Part shown: positions 26,652 to 38,632 of the stretch, in pieces
Position numbering within the stretch: the first letter of the stretch is position 1
Layout: each line of letters begins with the position of its first letter
Assembly (NCBI GenBank): GCA_016748015.1
Contig: JAAOMT010000436.1
Location: forward strand, 486,703-550,702
DNA: 64,000 bases
Direction of reading: 5' to 3'
Source: Geosiphon pyriformis uo1
Taxonomy: Eukaryota; Fungi; Glomeromycota
Notes under the pieces: model-generated
What the model was told of the DNA's origin: nothing
Databases searched by the model: none
Seen by the model: only the letters and a program-made list of their open reading frames with translations
Made by a program: the position numbers and the translations under genes

Positions 26652-29600
26652 TATAAGAGATTTGAAAATAAAAGAAAATTATTTTTGATGTATGGGTTTT
26701 TATGTTATTTTTGTTTTTGTTTTTGTAAGATTGTTTCTGAATTATAAGGAGATAACTATAATTATAAATTTAAGTTAAGTGTTCAAGTTGGGGGTTGTTT
26801 AATGACAACTATTGGTTCTAAGTTTTGGGGAATATCTTCAGGATTGATTAAAGGGGAATGTGTACTAATTTGTGAAATTAATGGTTCAAAATTGTTTCTG
26901 GAATTATAGTGTTTCAAACGATTTCCATGTGCAACTTTTGCTAAGATTTCGTTATCAAGTCTTAGCTTGTATGATCCGTTGTCTAGAACTTCATGGATAA
27001 AGAATGGTCTATCCCATTTATTTTCAAATTTTCCACTCCATTGTTTTTTTGCTTTAGTTCTGTATAAGAGAACTTTGTTTCCAATTTTAAATCTATTGGT
27101 AACTGGAGGCAATTTGTCATTATGCCATTCTTTTTGTTGAGCTTGGGAGTGTTCAATATGGGTGGCTGCTATTCATCGTTTTCCTTCCAATATGCTAAGC
27201 AGAGTGTAGGCTCTTCGCTGAAGTGTTTCCTGGAAATTGTTTTTATTAATTGGTTGTGCTGGATATGTTTCCACTGTAAAACTAATTGGTAATGTTGCTG
27301 TCCTTCCATAAGTTAAATCAAATAGTGTGTGTTTTGTGGTATCTTGTTTTAGTGTTCTGTATGCTAGTAACACTAATGAAATAAAGATATCTCATTCTTG
27401 TTCAAAATTGGTTAAGACTTTGGCTAATGACTCACACAGTGTTCTGTTAAAACGTTTTACAAGTCCATTTGTCTGTGGGTGGTAGGGCAAAAACAGAGGT
27501 CTTTTAACATTGAATCATTCACAAATTTTTTGAATTAGATTGTTTACAAAATGTGTTCCTTGATCAAATAAAAGTTCGATTGGGCATCTGTGTTTACAGA
27601 TAATGTTTTCATAGATGAAATTTGCTACTGATTTTGCATCTGCTCATTGAATGGCTCTGGCTTCAGGCCATTTAGTGAGATAGTCTATGGCTACTGCAAT
27701 ATAACGGTTTCCTTGGTTTGTGATAGGTAGTGGTCCGACTAAATCAATACCAACTCAGTCAAAAGGCTGTCCAACTTTAATTGGGTTTAAAGGTTCTATA
27801 GGGTGAGTTTCTCCTCTTTTTTGACAACTATCACAAGATTTAATGTATTCATGAATGTTTTTTTTTATTTGAGGCCAAAGTAATATTCTAGTGTTCTCTG
27901 AGTGGTGATGTCTTTTCTTAGATGTGCTGATGAAAAGTCTGAGTACATGTTATATAAAATGGTTTTTTTTCATGTTCTTATATTAATCTGAGCAGATTGT
28001 TTGGGTTTTTGATGTTTCGATAATAAATAATGTTGTTGTGTAAGAAGTATTGTTTGGATTGTTGTTGTAACTGACGTTTTTTATTTGGAGACCAATCTGT
28101 TGGCATTGTTAATATCTTCAGATATTGTTTAAGATTGTTGTAGTTTTTGGGGTTCATTGTTTGTTGTTTTGTTATTAATTCAAATGGGTGTTGGTTTTGT
28201 ATTCTAATCTTGCCTTATTCTTGAGAGACAATCAATGTTGGTATGGAGTTTTTCTGGTTTGTGGTGTACAATATATTGGTAGTTGGCTAAAAATCCTGTC
28301 CATCAGGTTTGTTTTGCATTCAGCTGAGTGTTTTTGTTCTGAAGCCATTTGAGTCCAATATTATCAGTGATAATATCGAATTCTTTGGGTCTGAGATAAA
28401 GGTTGAAGTGATGTAGGGCCCAGATTACTGCTGCTGTTTTTAGTTCTGTGGCAGAGTAGTTTTTCTCAGCTGGTTTTAATGTTCTGCTAGCATAAGCAAT
28501 TACTCACTTATTTCTGTTGTTATCTAATTGTGATAAGATGGCACCAAAGGCAGTGTAAGAAGCGTCTGTAGCTAGTCAAAATTAGTTACTGAAGTCTGAA
28601 TAGGCGAGAATTGGAGCTGTTGTCAGCTTTTCCTTGAGAATTTCAAAAGCTTTTTGGTGTTCTTTTGTCCATTTGTATTCGACGTTTTTAGTAGTGAGCT
28701 GGTTAAGGGGTTTTGCAATTTCTGAGAATTTTTTGATGAATTTTCGGTAATAGGATGCTAATCCAATAAATCCTTTCAATTCTGTGGTGTTTTGTGGGGT
28801 CTTGAAGTTCTTGACAGTGCTGATTTTTCCAGGGTCTGGTTTAATTCCATCTTTGCTCACAATGTGGCCAAGAAAGGCCAAACTCATTTTTCTGAAGTAG
28901 TATTTTTCAATGTTCAGTTTCAATCCTGCTTTCTGTAATCATTGAAAAACTTCTCGCAGGTGTTTCAAAAGATGGTAAATAAACATCAGTATTATTGAGA
29001 TAGACAACTACTGATTTCCAAAGAAGGTCTTTGTAAACAACATCCATGAGTCTTTGGAATGTTGCTGGCACATTGCATAATCTGAAAGACATTATGTTGA
29101 ACTTGTAATTTCCTTTTTGAGTGGTGAATGCTGTTTTGGGACGATTTTTGGGGTCCATAGCAACTTGCCAGTATTCACTTTCTAGATTTAGTGTTAAAAA
29201 GTATTTGGCCTTTCCAAGGGCATTCAACATATTATCAATTCAGAGAAGAGGATAGGCATCTTTAATAGTAACACTATTGAGTTGTTGATAATCAACACAA
29301 AATCATATCTTTCCATTTTTCTTTTTAACTAAGACCACAGGTGAGGCCCATGGATTCATTGATGGTTGAATAAGCCTATTGTTGAGCATCTATTGTACTT
29401 TTTTGTGGATAAATTTGTGGCTTTCTGAAGCAACTCAGTAGGCTTGCTGTCACCTTGGTTTGGCATCTTCTGTATAGATTTGGTGTTAAACCAAATTGGT
29501 CTTTCCTAAGTCATTGTTGTCTTCGGCAAAGATATCAGCAAATTCTGCAATTAGCTTTTTGAGCTGGTTTTGTTGTTGTGGTTCAAGTTGTTCTATGTTG

Positions 29601-30031
29601 ATTTGAGATAGTTTTTCCATGACAACATGGTAGTTTTCAGAGCTGGGGTTTGGGTTGATTTTTGGTAGTGAATGTCCAATAATTTCAGAGAAATTGAGGA
29701 CTGTTTGGGGTAATTCTTGTTGAAAAATGTTACTGTGAATGACTCTAATTTCTAAGTTATTTAATAAAACTATGGGATAATTGTTGGAATTATAAAAAAT
29801 AACTCGGACTTTCTTTGTTCCTTCTGAAATATAAATGTTTAGGATCAAGATATTATGTTCTAAGCAGACTTGTTCATTGGATTCAAAAATTTGTTGTGTG
29901 GTTGTTGGCTTTAAGCAGATGTAAATTTCTGGATGTTCTCTAAAGAGTGAAATAGTAATTGGTTGTAGAAGTCGTAAAATCTGGTAAGATTCATTTTGTT
30001 CATTAAGAGCTATGTTTACTGGAACTGTGAA

Positions 30032-30425
30032 TCATCCAGTTGAACCAAAACCTTGGGTTCCTCTTTCACTTTTTCCCAATAGTTCTCTTTGATTGACTAA
30101 TTGTAAACCCAAAATGTTGATTAAGGGTAAATAAATGGCTTGGGCAATTTTTTTGGCATGTTCAATTTTAAATAGCTTGTCAGTTTCATTTTGGAGTATT
30201 ACTGTTATGTCACCAGTATATCCCGCATTGATTATTCTTCCTCTAACATTGATTTCTTTGCTTGCCAGAGAGGACTGGAAGGTGATTTGAATCATTGCTC
30301 TTAGTGGAATTTCGAGAGCAATTTTGAAGTTAATTTTTGTGAGAAATTTGGGTTTGAGAATGAGAGTATTCTTGTCTGGATATCTTAGGTCATATCCAGC
30401 ATTAATTTCATGTGCTTTTTCGGGT
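30032..30425 (-). pseudogene. dUTPase domain within Gypsy pol
   Basis: The five trimeric dUTPase motifs are recognisable: AGYDL, QSSLA (RSS), GRIINAGYTG, IAQAI, RGTQGFGSTG. Confidence 0.93.
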
Positions 30426-33400
30426 TTTATTTCTTGTCCATTGTTGTTGAAGTATTTGAGTTGTAAGGCAGGCTGATTTTTAATAAGATAGATGGATGTT
30501 GTTTCAATTTTTTTTGTTGCTTCAGGTTCACCAAATTCGATTTCATATTTGTCACTTTCCCTGGGTAATGAAATGCTAAGGGCATAGCATTCAGGACACC
30601 ATTGTTAGTCATATGGCATTATACACTCCTCACATAATTTAATGTTCATTTGCTCTAATCATTGAATTTGAGCTTCTTGGGTCGGGTAGGTGTGACTTGC
30701 GATTTGGTAGTATACTTTTACTTCATCTTTATAATCAAATCCAGCTAATTCTAATGTATATTTAATATATTCAGCTTCCTTCATTTAAAGGACATCTTTT
30801 TTGGTTCCTCTATTAATTAAAACTATGGCAAGTTCATAGATCATTTCGGCATCATAGGAGTAGTGATAGAGTTTGCTAAGGGCGCTGTTGTATGTGGTAT
30901 TGAAAGATGTTCCACATTTTACCTTTTCTGCAATAGAAAGAGCATATTGGCAAGTTTGATTGCAGACTCCTCCTCTAAATGTGACATCAATCTAGTCATA
31001 TTCATCAGGAAGCTGCTTTCCACAAGTAAGACAGGGTGTTCTATCCTATTTTCCGCTTCTTTTGATCAAGTGGCCTCATCATTCTCAATGGCAGGCCTTG
31101 CAGTAGTAGTAGGTATGACTTTTATATTCTTCCTCAAGTGAAATACAAGCTCCCATTGACAATAGTTTCTTGTGACAGTCCTTATATTTAAGTGGAATAT
31201 AGGGGCGTCGTTTTTTTGGTTCAGGCTTTGAGTAAGGGATATTCCATCCAGGGGTTTCAGGTTCAGAATGTGAAGTAAAATATTCTTGTTCAGTTTTCTT
31301 GGCCCAATTGGATGTTGATCCAAGAGCCATAAATGTTTTGATTATTGGTTTTTCTTCTTTTGGTTCGAATTCAAAAGCCAGGACTTTTTCGGAGCATTTG
31401 TTGAATGTACCACAAGTGGCAAGTACTCGGGCATGTTGTTCTTGGTAGGAAATTGTTAACTTTTATGTCTCCCAATTCAGATTAGCATTGGCTTTTTGGA
31501 GCCAATCATTTCCGATAAGAGCTTGGTATTGGGAAGCATTCATGACCAGAACTTTGACTGGAATGGTAATTCTGTCAATTGTGAATAGAAAGTTGTCAAT
31601 CTCTCCTACTGGAGTTTTTTTCATGCCATCAGCAGTGACAATGATTGTCTGAGCTGGTTGGTCAACATTTCTTTTTAGCTGTTGCATCAATTGATATGTA
31701 ATGATGCTTCTGGTGGATCTACTGTCTAGGATCAGGCAAATTGGCTTTCCTTCTACTTCAGCTTCTGTGTACATTGCAGTAATGGCTTTTTGCTCATTAG
31801 CTGCTGCATTGCTAAGCAAGAATGATGATTTATTTGCTTCAAATTCGAAAGGGAATATATCTGAAAGGTTGGCATTTTCAGCAATTCTGGCTGGTGGGAT
31901 TGTGGTAGGAATATAAGAAGAGTTTTGTTGTCATGCTGCAGCTCTACCTTTTGAGAGTGCAGTATGGTGAAAATTCTGTTCTTCAGGTATTGTTAAATAA
32001 CTGGGTTGAATGTGATAGTGGTTGGGCCTTAGTTGAGCAGAATTTCAAGGAATCAATTGGTTGTTCAAACTGATTCTATTGTTGTTTACTTGGTATTGGT
32101 TTTGTGGTGTAAATTGATTTTGTGTAATCAATCTTTGAACAAGTACCTGATAATGTGGCATGGGTGATTGTTGGTATTGCTGTTGGATTGGCTATGGGGC
32201 AGGCTGATAATAGTTATTTTGGTATTGGGGTCTTGGTAGATAGTAAGCTGGTAGTGGTGGTTAATAATAAGATTGCTGTGGTGAAGGGTAACATTGATTA
32301 CTCCTATTTTGTTGGTCTCATTGTAGCTTTCTACAATCTCTTTTCCAGTGGCCAGGGATTTCACAATAATGGCAATTCTGAGGCTGGTTATTAGAGGATG
32401 ATATGAAGTTATTTTGATTCCGTCTTTGGGGTGGTTGATATCTTTGGGGTGGCTGTTGTTGTTGATTAGTGAAATAGTTTTTGACTTTCTTTGCAAGTTG
32501 GTCAATTTTCTTTTCAGCTGCTGAGCAAGTTTCTCCAATGGCTAAGTTCATGAGTTTTATACAATTGGCTTCTTCCATGGCCATTTCATATCTCTTTGCA
32601 TGCTGAATGGTAGAGTTTAAATCTTCTGGGGCATGTAAGCAAACCTTTTTAATCAGTTTATCTTTTAAACCAGTGATAAATTGATCCAAAATTTGAGCAT
32701 CAAAATAATAATCATTAGTTTCAAGTTGGTGAATTCATCTGAGAAGTTTGTTGAATTTCTCAATATAAGTTATGACAGATTTGGAGGGTTCTTGTTTGGT
32801 ATTGTGAAAACAATTTCGAAGTGTGATTGAGGTGTTGTTATCAGTGAATTGTTCTAAGAAGGCTGCTTTAAAAGCATTCCAATCATTGAATGGAGTGGCC
32901 AAGTTTTCAAACCATTCTCCTGCTGTTCCTTTGAGAAAGTAGAGAATTGTTCTTAACATTCTGGCAGCATTCCATCCATTTGCATCTCCAGTTTTAGTAA
33001 CTTGGTCAAGCCATTTTTGGGGACTGGTCTTAATGTTTTCTCCATTGAATTCAAGGATTTTTATGATGTATGCTGTCATTTTGTCTTCTTCATTTTCACT
33101 GTCTATTGATTCTTCTTCAGATATTTCAGGGTTGTTTTCTTTGTTCGCTGTTGTCTCAAAGTGTTCACTTCAATTTTCAGCTAGAAAATCAAGGAGATTG
33201 GAACTAGTTTGAAGGGGTTTTTGTTGTCTGGTGGGACTTCTGGGTAATGTAAAATCTTCGAGTCTTGCAAATTAATTTAAGGGTGAATTAGGTGTTTGTG
33301 CTTGTGCAAGTAAAGCTGGAAAAGGTGTGATAGTAAGTGGAAGTTTTGAACTGGTTCCTTGTTCAGGTGTTTGTAAGTGTTTGGCAGTTGTTTTTGGTAA

Positions 33401-33842
33401 TATTGAAGTATTTGGGGTGGTTTTTGAGTATTGCTTCAATTTTTGTTTGCCTTTGTTGCTTGTTTCTGTCTCTGATTCAAAATCAATAGAGTATTGAGAC
33501 TGCACTGGATATGTTTCTTTACAGTACTTGATAATGTTAAAATTAAGTTCTTGAAAGTAAGTGGCAAGTGTTTCACTGTTAAGGTCTTCAGTTCCCAACT
33601 GTGAATAGTGTACTAAATTATTGTAAAGGTTGCTTCTAACTTCTGAGATATTGTAATTTCCAAAAAGATAATTGTTGATGCAGTTTTCAATGTATTGGTA
33701 TACCGATTTCTTGACAACTTCAATTCTGTCTGGAATGTTGAATCTTTGCTTGCAGTGAGTGTAAATTGATTGGTAATACTCTAGAGTTGTTGTGTCTGGT
33801 GTGGTTGCTACTTTAAAGTTGTTTTTGCTGTGTTGTTTCCAT

Positions 33843-33854
33843 GGGAGAGCACCA
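33843..33854 (-). promoter_or_regulatory. Primer binding site TGGTGCTCTCCC (priming tRNA not identified)
   Basis: Starts with TGG 2 nt after the 5' LTR end, complementary to a tRNA 3' CCA end. Confidence 0.75.
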
Positions 33855-33856
33855 AA

Positions 33857-34845
33857 TATTACCAGAGGTTTTTGGTCTCTTCTTAGCTCTTGTATGTTTG
33901 TTGTAATGCTGTTAATTCATGACTATGGGAAGTGTTTGAACCTCCAATAACTGAATTTTATCTTCAAATTATAGGAGATAATTTGAACTGCTGGGCTTAT
34001 AAGTAGAATGGCCAATTCTGTGCCAGTTGCTTTGTGTAGTTACATTGTAATAAATGTCAACTCTTTCCCAGAAATTGCTCATCTAGAAGCTCACTAAAAA
34101 TGTGTAGTTACTTTGCTGTGAAAGTCAACTCTTCTACAGAAATCTCGTCTGTAGGTTACCCTAATGATTATAATAAAAAAATAAAAATAAAAAAATAAAA
34201 AAATGTAAAAGAAAATTGAATTCTGTTTTAAGGAAATTGTTTTCAATCTAGGCCTGAAGTCATTAACAGTTTTATTGAAATTGGTAGCTAATTAATTCCA
34301 AAATGTTAGTTGGGTTTTGAGAATTTTTCCAAGTGCAATAATTTAAAGAATTTGGTTTTTTGAATTTATTTGATTTTTATTTTGTTTTTGTGTGTAAAGG
34401 ATGATTCTAATTGTTAAATCTGAAGCAAGATACATTTTCTCAAAGAAAGAAGCTTTTCTTTTATACAACTTGTCGTAACACTATTTTATGAACTTGAACT
34501 TTGCTTTTTTCTACAATTTTGCTGAACTAAAGATACATTTCAGCAAACTACAAGTTATTTCTGCGAACTATTAGATATTTTGGTGAACTATCAATTATTT
34601 CGGCAAATTTCTACCAATTTTGGCAAACTTTTTAAATGTTACATAGTTCGGGGTATTGCATAATTGATCATCGCAATTAGATTATTTTTATGTTATGTGC
34701 AAATTGGGTTATTAATTAAATGATAATTTCGGACATTTTACTAATATAATAAGTGATAATTTAAATGATAATATATGCTAATTAATGATAGGAGTTATAA
34801 AGATAATTTTATGCTAAATATTATCTCCAATTTTGTTTGGTAACA
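33857..34845 (-). repeat. 5' LTR
   Basis: Direct repeat of 24980-25963, roughly 95% identical by eye. Confidence 0.97.
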
Positions 34846-37800
34846 ATGCATCAGCCTGTTCATTGCCCAAAATGCCTGAGTGACCCTTAATTTTGACCCA
34901 ATTTACATCTAAATTTTTTTTACAAACAATGTTAGCAATATAGCGTCATTTGATCCAACACTGATTTCTAAAGTCCAGACAAGCCAACAAGAATTCAGCT
35001 TTGCATGCATCCAAAGCAGTTTGGCTGTCTAAAAACAAATTAACTGAATGAAAAGAAGGAACACATTCAAGAGCCAGAGCAATGGCCTGCAACTCTGTTA
35101 GCATAGAAGATACCAAGCCAGACACTTCCATTCCCAAACCTGAATTAATGTCTTTAAAGAACACAGCAGCACCAGCTTTCATATCAACAGTATCCAAACC
35201 ACTTAGAGATCCATCTGTATACACAGAAAGATGAGCAGCAACATTAGTGGCCAACAGATCATTACAAACAACACTAAAATCATGAGACAAACAAATATCA
35301 GAAGGAGCATGACCATTCACAAAGGAAGAGCAAGCAGATAAAGAAGCAGCACTATTAAGAAACTGAACAAAGAGATCAAACCAGAAGGGAACCGGACCAC
35401 AGGGGTCCAGCCTTTTCCAGCACTTGAAGGACTTCCAATCATAAATAACATTATTTCAGTCGTAAAGTTGATTCACAAAAGCAATACCATAATGCTTGAG
35501 TGATAAAACACATTTGAAAAAAAAATTTTCACCAAGGACAAGAGACATAGAAGTACTATCACAAAGGTGAAAAGCACTAGCAAAAGAGACATCCAAAGAC
35601 AAATCACACCTAGAAAAAATATGAACCACGCCAGCCAAAAAGTTATTTGAAGGATTGATATTAATATAAACCAAAAACAGCAAAAAGTGATGAGGATGCC
35701 AGCTGAAAGCTTGAAGGTCATGAGACCTGTGGGAGAACAAATGGCCCAAAGTACCAACTGAATTAGCAAAAGCTATAATGGATGCTGATTTACTCTCAGC
35801 TTGATTCTGCTCAAAAGTTTTCAAACTGTACAAAGAAGAATAATAAACTGCGTTATTGGAAAAATCAAGTAGAAGCCCAGACTTAGACTTCAAACATTTA
35901 TGAACCATACAGTCCCATTTGGCACACACACTAATAAAAACAAAGCTGAATTGAGTCCTGTAGCTGATGATAGGAAAAAAAACCACAGAAACCAAGTACG
36001 CAAACTGTTTATCCGAAATCGCTTTCCTTAGGACAAAATTGCCAAAGAACCAAATGTCCGAGTGAGTCTTAGCTAAACTAGGCTTCAAAAAACCCTCAGA
36101 AGACAAAAAAATTCCTAGGTACTGATGAGATTCCCCCTTTTTCACAATAGAAATAAACAAGCCACTGATGGTCAGATAAGGGTTCGCAACCTAACAGTTA
36201 ATAGGAATAGCAACAGTCTTGTCATTGTTAATAAAAATGTCATTGAACCTAAAAAATTCACTAGCAACATTGAGAATGTATTACATCACAGCCTAGCTGC
36301 TGCCAATTCAAATTGTGTCATTGACAAAAGCACCAGCAGCCAAAAATGATGTCAACTTAGCTTGAAGTTCCACATGACCAGTTTTGGAAATAAAATGAGA
36401 AATCAGTTTATAACCACACAAGCTTTCCTGTTTTTTAACCTCGCACAAGAGCAAATCATAAAATATCCACCAAAGAAGCAGTGAGAAAACTTCACCCTGA
36501 TCCAAGCCATTATGGACACGGTAGCCATCAGTTAGGCCAAAGTTTGTCATTACTCTATTAGTGCGACCATTGTGGATGCTGCCAAAAAACCTAATAAACT
36601 GGTTACACATTTTGATTCTGACCAGGCTCTTCTCGAGATGCTTTCAACCAACAGAATTGTAAGCCTTGTGCATATCTTGCAACACCAGCCACAGCTCCTG
36701 GTTCTTCTCCAAGGCATTCTCCATCACAAATCCAATAGCAAAAATAGGCGACTGTGTTGTCGTGCCCTTCAAAACAGAAAAATTGTCCCCACAAAGAACA
36801 TCAAACTTACTGCAAGCCAAAGAGATCCTGTCTAACAGAATCTTGGAAAAAATCTTGTGGGCCATTTTAATCAAAGCAATAGGGCGGATGTTTGTAAAAA
36901 TGCCTTCCTATTCATATGGTTTAGAAATCATGGAGACCCAAGCTTCTTTCCAGGGCCCAGGCACAGACTTCCATTCCAAACAAGAATTCAAAAGCACTAA
37001 AAGCATATCCAGAACTCTTTTGTCACAATATTTCCACAGTTTATTGGAGATTCCAGAAAGACCAGCCGCCTTTCCATCAGGCAAACTCGAAACAACATCA
37101 AACATTTCATTGAAGCCAATTGAACACATCACACCAGAGAATGCACTATCAAAGACATAATCCAATGGTCGGAATTAGTGCACCCAATCATCAGAGATAT
37201 CTGACACCACTATGCACTTCCTAGTCTAGCCTTCCATAATTTCATCAACCTTAGATTTAACCAATTCAGGCTCTAAGACCAACTCATCACTCACAACCAA
37301 ATAATCTAGTACTACTTTACAAAAAGAACATTTTAAAACACTCCTAATAGTACACCCTTTGTCCATTTCAAAACTTTCCATCCTATTCTTAATGGCTCGC
37401 CTGATGTGAGCTTCCCCAGCACACTTAAATTCTAGCAACTTAGAAGAGCAGTAAGACTTCTTTGCCTTAGCCAGCTCAGAGCAAATGGTATCAAAACTAG
37501 AACCCGAAAGGAAAAAAAATTTTACAGATGAGGCACCAACTGAGTCAAGCCTGTCTCACATATTCAACAGCAAAGCAAAATTCCCATCAGAGACCAAGTG
37601 AGAAGATTTCACCAGCTTAGAAACAAGCAGCTCCAGCTTGTGAAATTTAGAAGACACCTTATTAAAAACACTATCAAAACCCTTAACCCATTTTTTTTTG
37701 AATGTCCCACCAGCCAAAATAACCATAATTTTGCAAACAATGTCCCATATCATATCCATATCTGAAAACCTTTCAGCCATAGCAAACGCATCCAAGAACA

Positions 37801-38632
37801 TAGAAGCATTAGCAGTTGAAGCATTTTTGAACTCCAACCACTTCACAGCATTGACATTCTTGATGTCAAACTTCCAATGATCTTTGTTAGTCTGTTTGTA
37901 CAGAGAGAAAAGCTGCATATCTAACAAATCACCCAGACCCACAGAAACAAAAACAGCCTTATAATCAGTATCAAAGAAATCAATGACACTCATCACACCT
38001 CAATTCACAATAATATTAACCAAATTAGAGGAGACAAACACATAATCAATTGTCTTGGTAACACCACAAGAATTGTTCTATGTCGGTTGCTTAGTCAAAG
38101 GGCCCACACCCAAAGAATTGATTAATCCCAAGTCATGGCATTTCTTGAAACTAGTACACTTATGTGAACTATCCTTGTTAAAATCACCACCAAGGATAAC
38201 AAAAAAAGATTTATTCACAGCTTTCATGATCAGAGAATTGATCTCAGCCACTTGAGAAAACCAAACAGTCAGGAAGGCATCAGCATAGAGCCCCAAAATC
38301 AAAACCAAAAGTTTATTCTTGAAAAGTAACCTGATGCAAAGAAGACAACCCGAAACCTCAGAAGTTTTACACATATGTTTGGCCAAAGAGTTGTTCATGA
38401 CAATTGCTACACCAGCACCCACATAGCCAGAGTTCAAATCAGAAGAGAAAACACAAACACCATCAAATTTGGTAGCCAACCATAGACAAGTCTTATCCTT
38501 TAACTTAGTCTCTGTGAAGATCAAAACCAGATTGTTCATATCTCTATGCCATCAAATAATGTTGTCCTGTTTAGCAGGAACATTTATACCTCTAATATTA
38601 CAAGTAGCAATTCTCCAAATAAGACCACTCAT
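34846..38632 (-). pseudogene. LINE ORF2, 5' part: AP endonuclease, reverse transcriptase, most of RNase H
   Basis: APE motifs IATCNIRG, FTETKL, ILGGDFN, TIDYVF, TDYKAV. RT motifs NIRPIAL, LQDMHKAYNSV, GLDQGEVFS, AFVND, YLGIFL. RNase H motifs VYTDGS, TELQAIALAL, FLDSQ, WVKIKGHSGILGNEQAD. Confidence 0.93.

Larger units (their letters stand above)
26783..33856 (-). pseudogene. Gypsy gag-pol polyprotein, essentially one frame with premature stops and local frameshifts
   Basis: Gag (LKGTAGEWF; CHYCEIPGHWKRDC), protease (LILDSRS...ALIGNDWL), RT (KTAFTT, FRLCNVPATFQR, VYLNN, FLGHIVS), RNase H (TDAS, NYSATELK), integrase (GIDLVGP, PYHPQTNGLVKRFN, KWDRPF GPY/F-type motif). No chromodomain seen. ORF-track fragments from 33598 to 29230 are all in one frame. 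Confidence 0.95.
24980..34845 (-). mobile_element. Complete Ty3/Gypsy LTR retrotransposon (gag-PR-Cys-rich-dUTPase-RT-RH-INT-ORF3), inactivated by nonsense mutations
   Basis: Two ~985-bp LTRs, 4-bp TSD ATGC (24976-24979, 34846-34849), PBS, PPT, and RT-RH-INT domain order. Confidence 0.97.
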
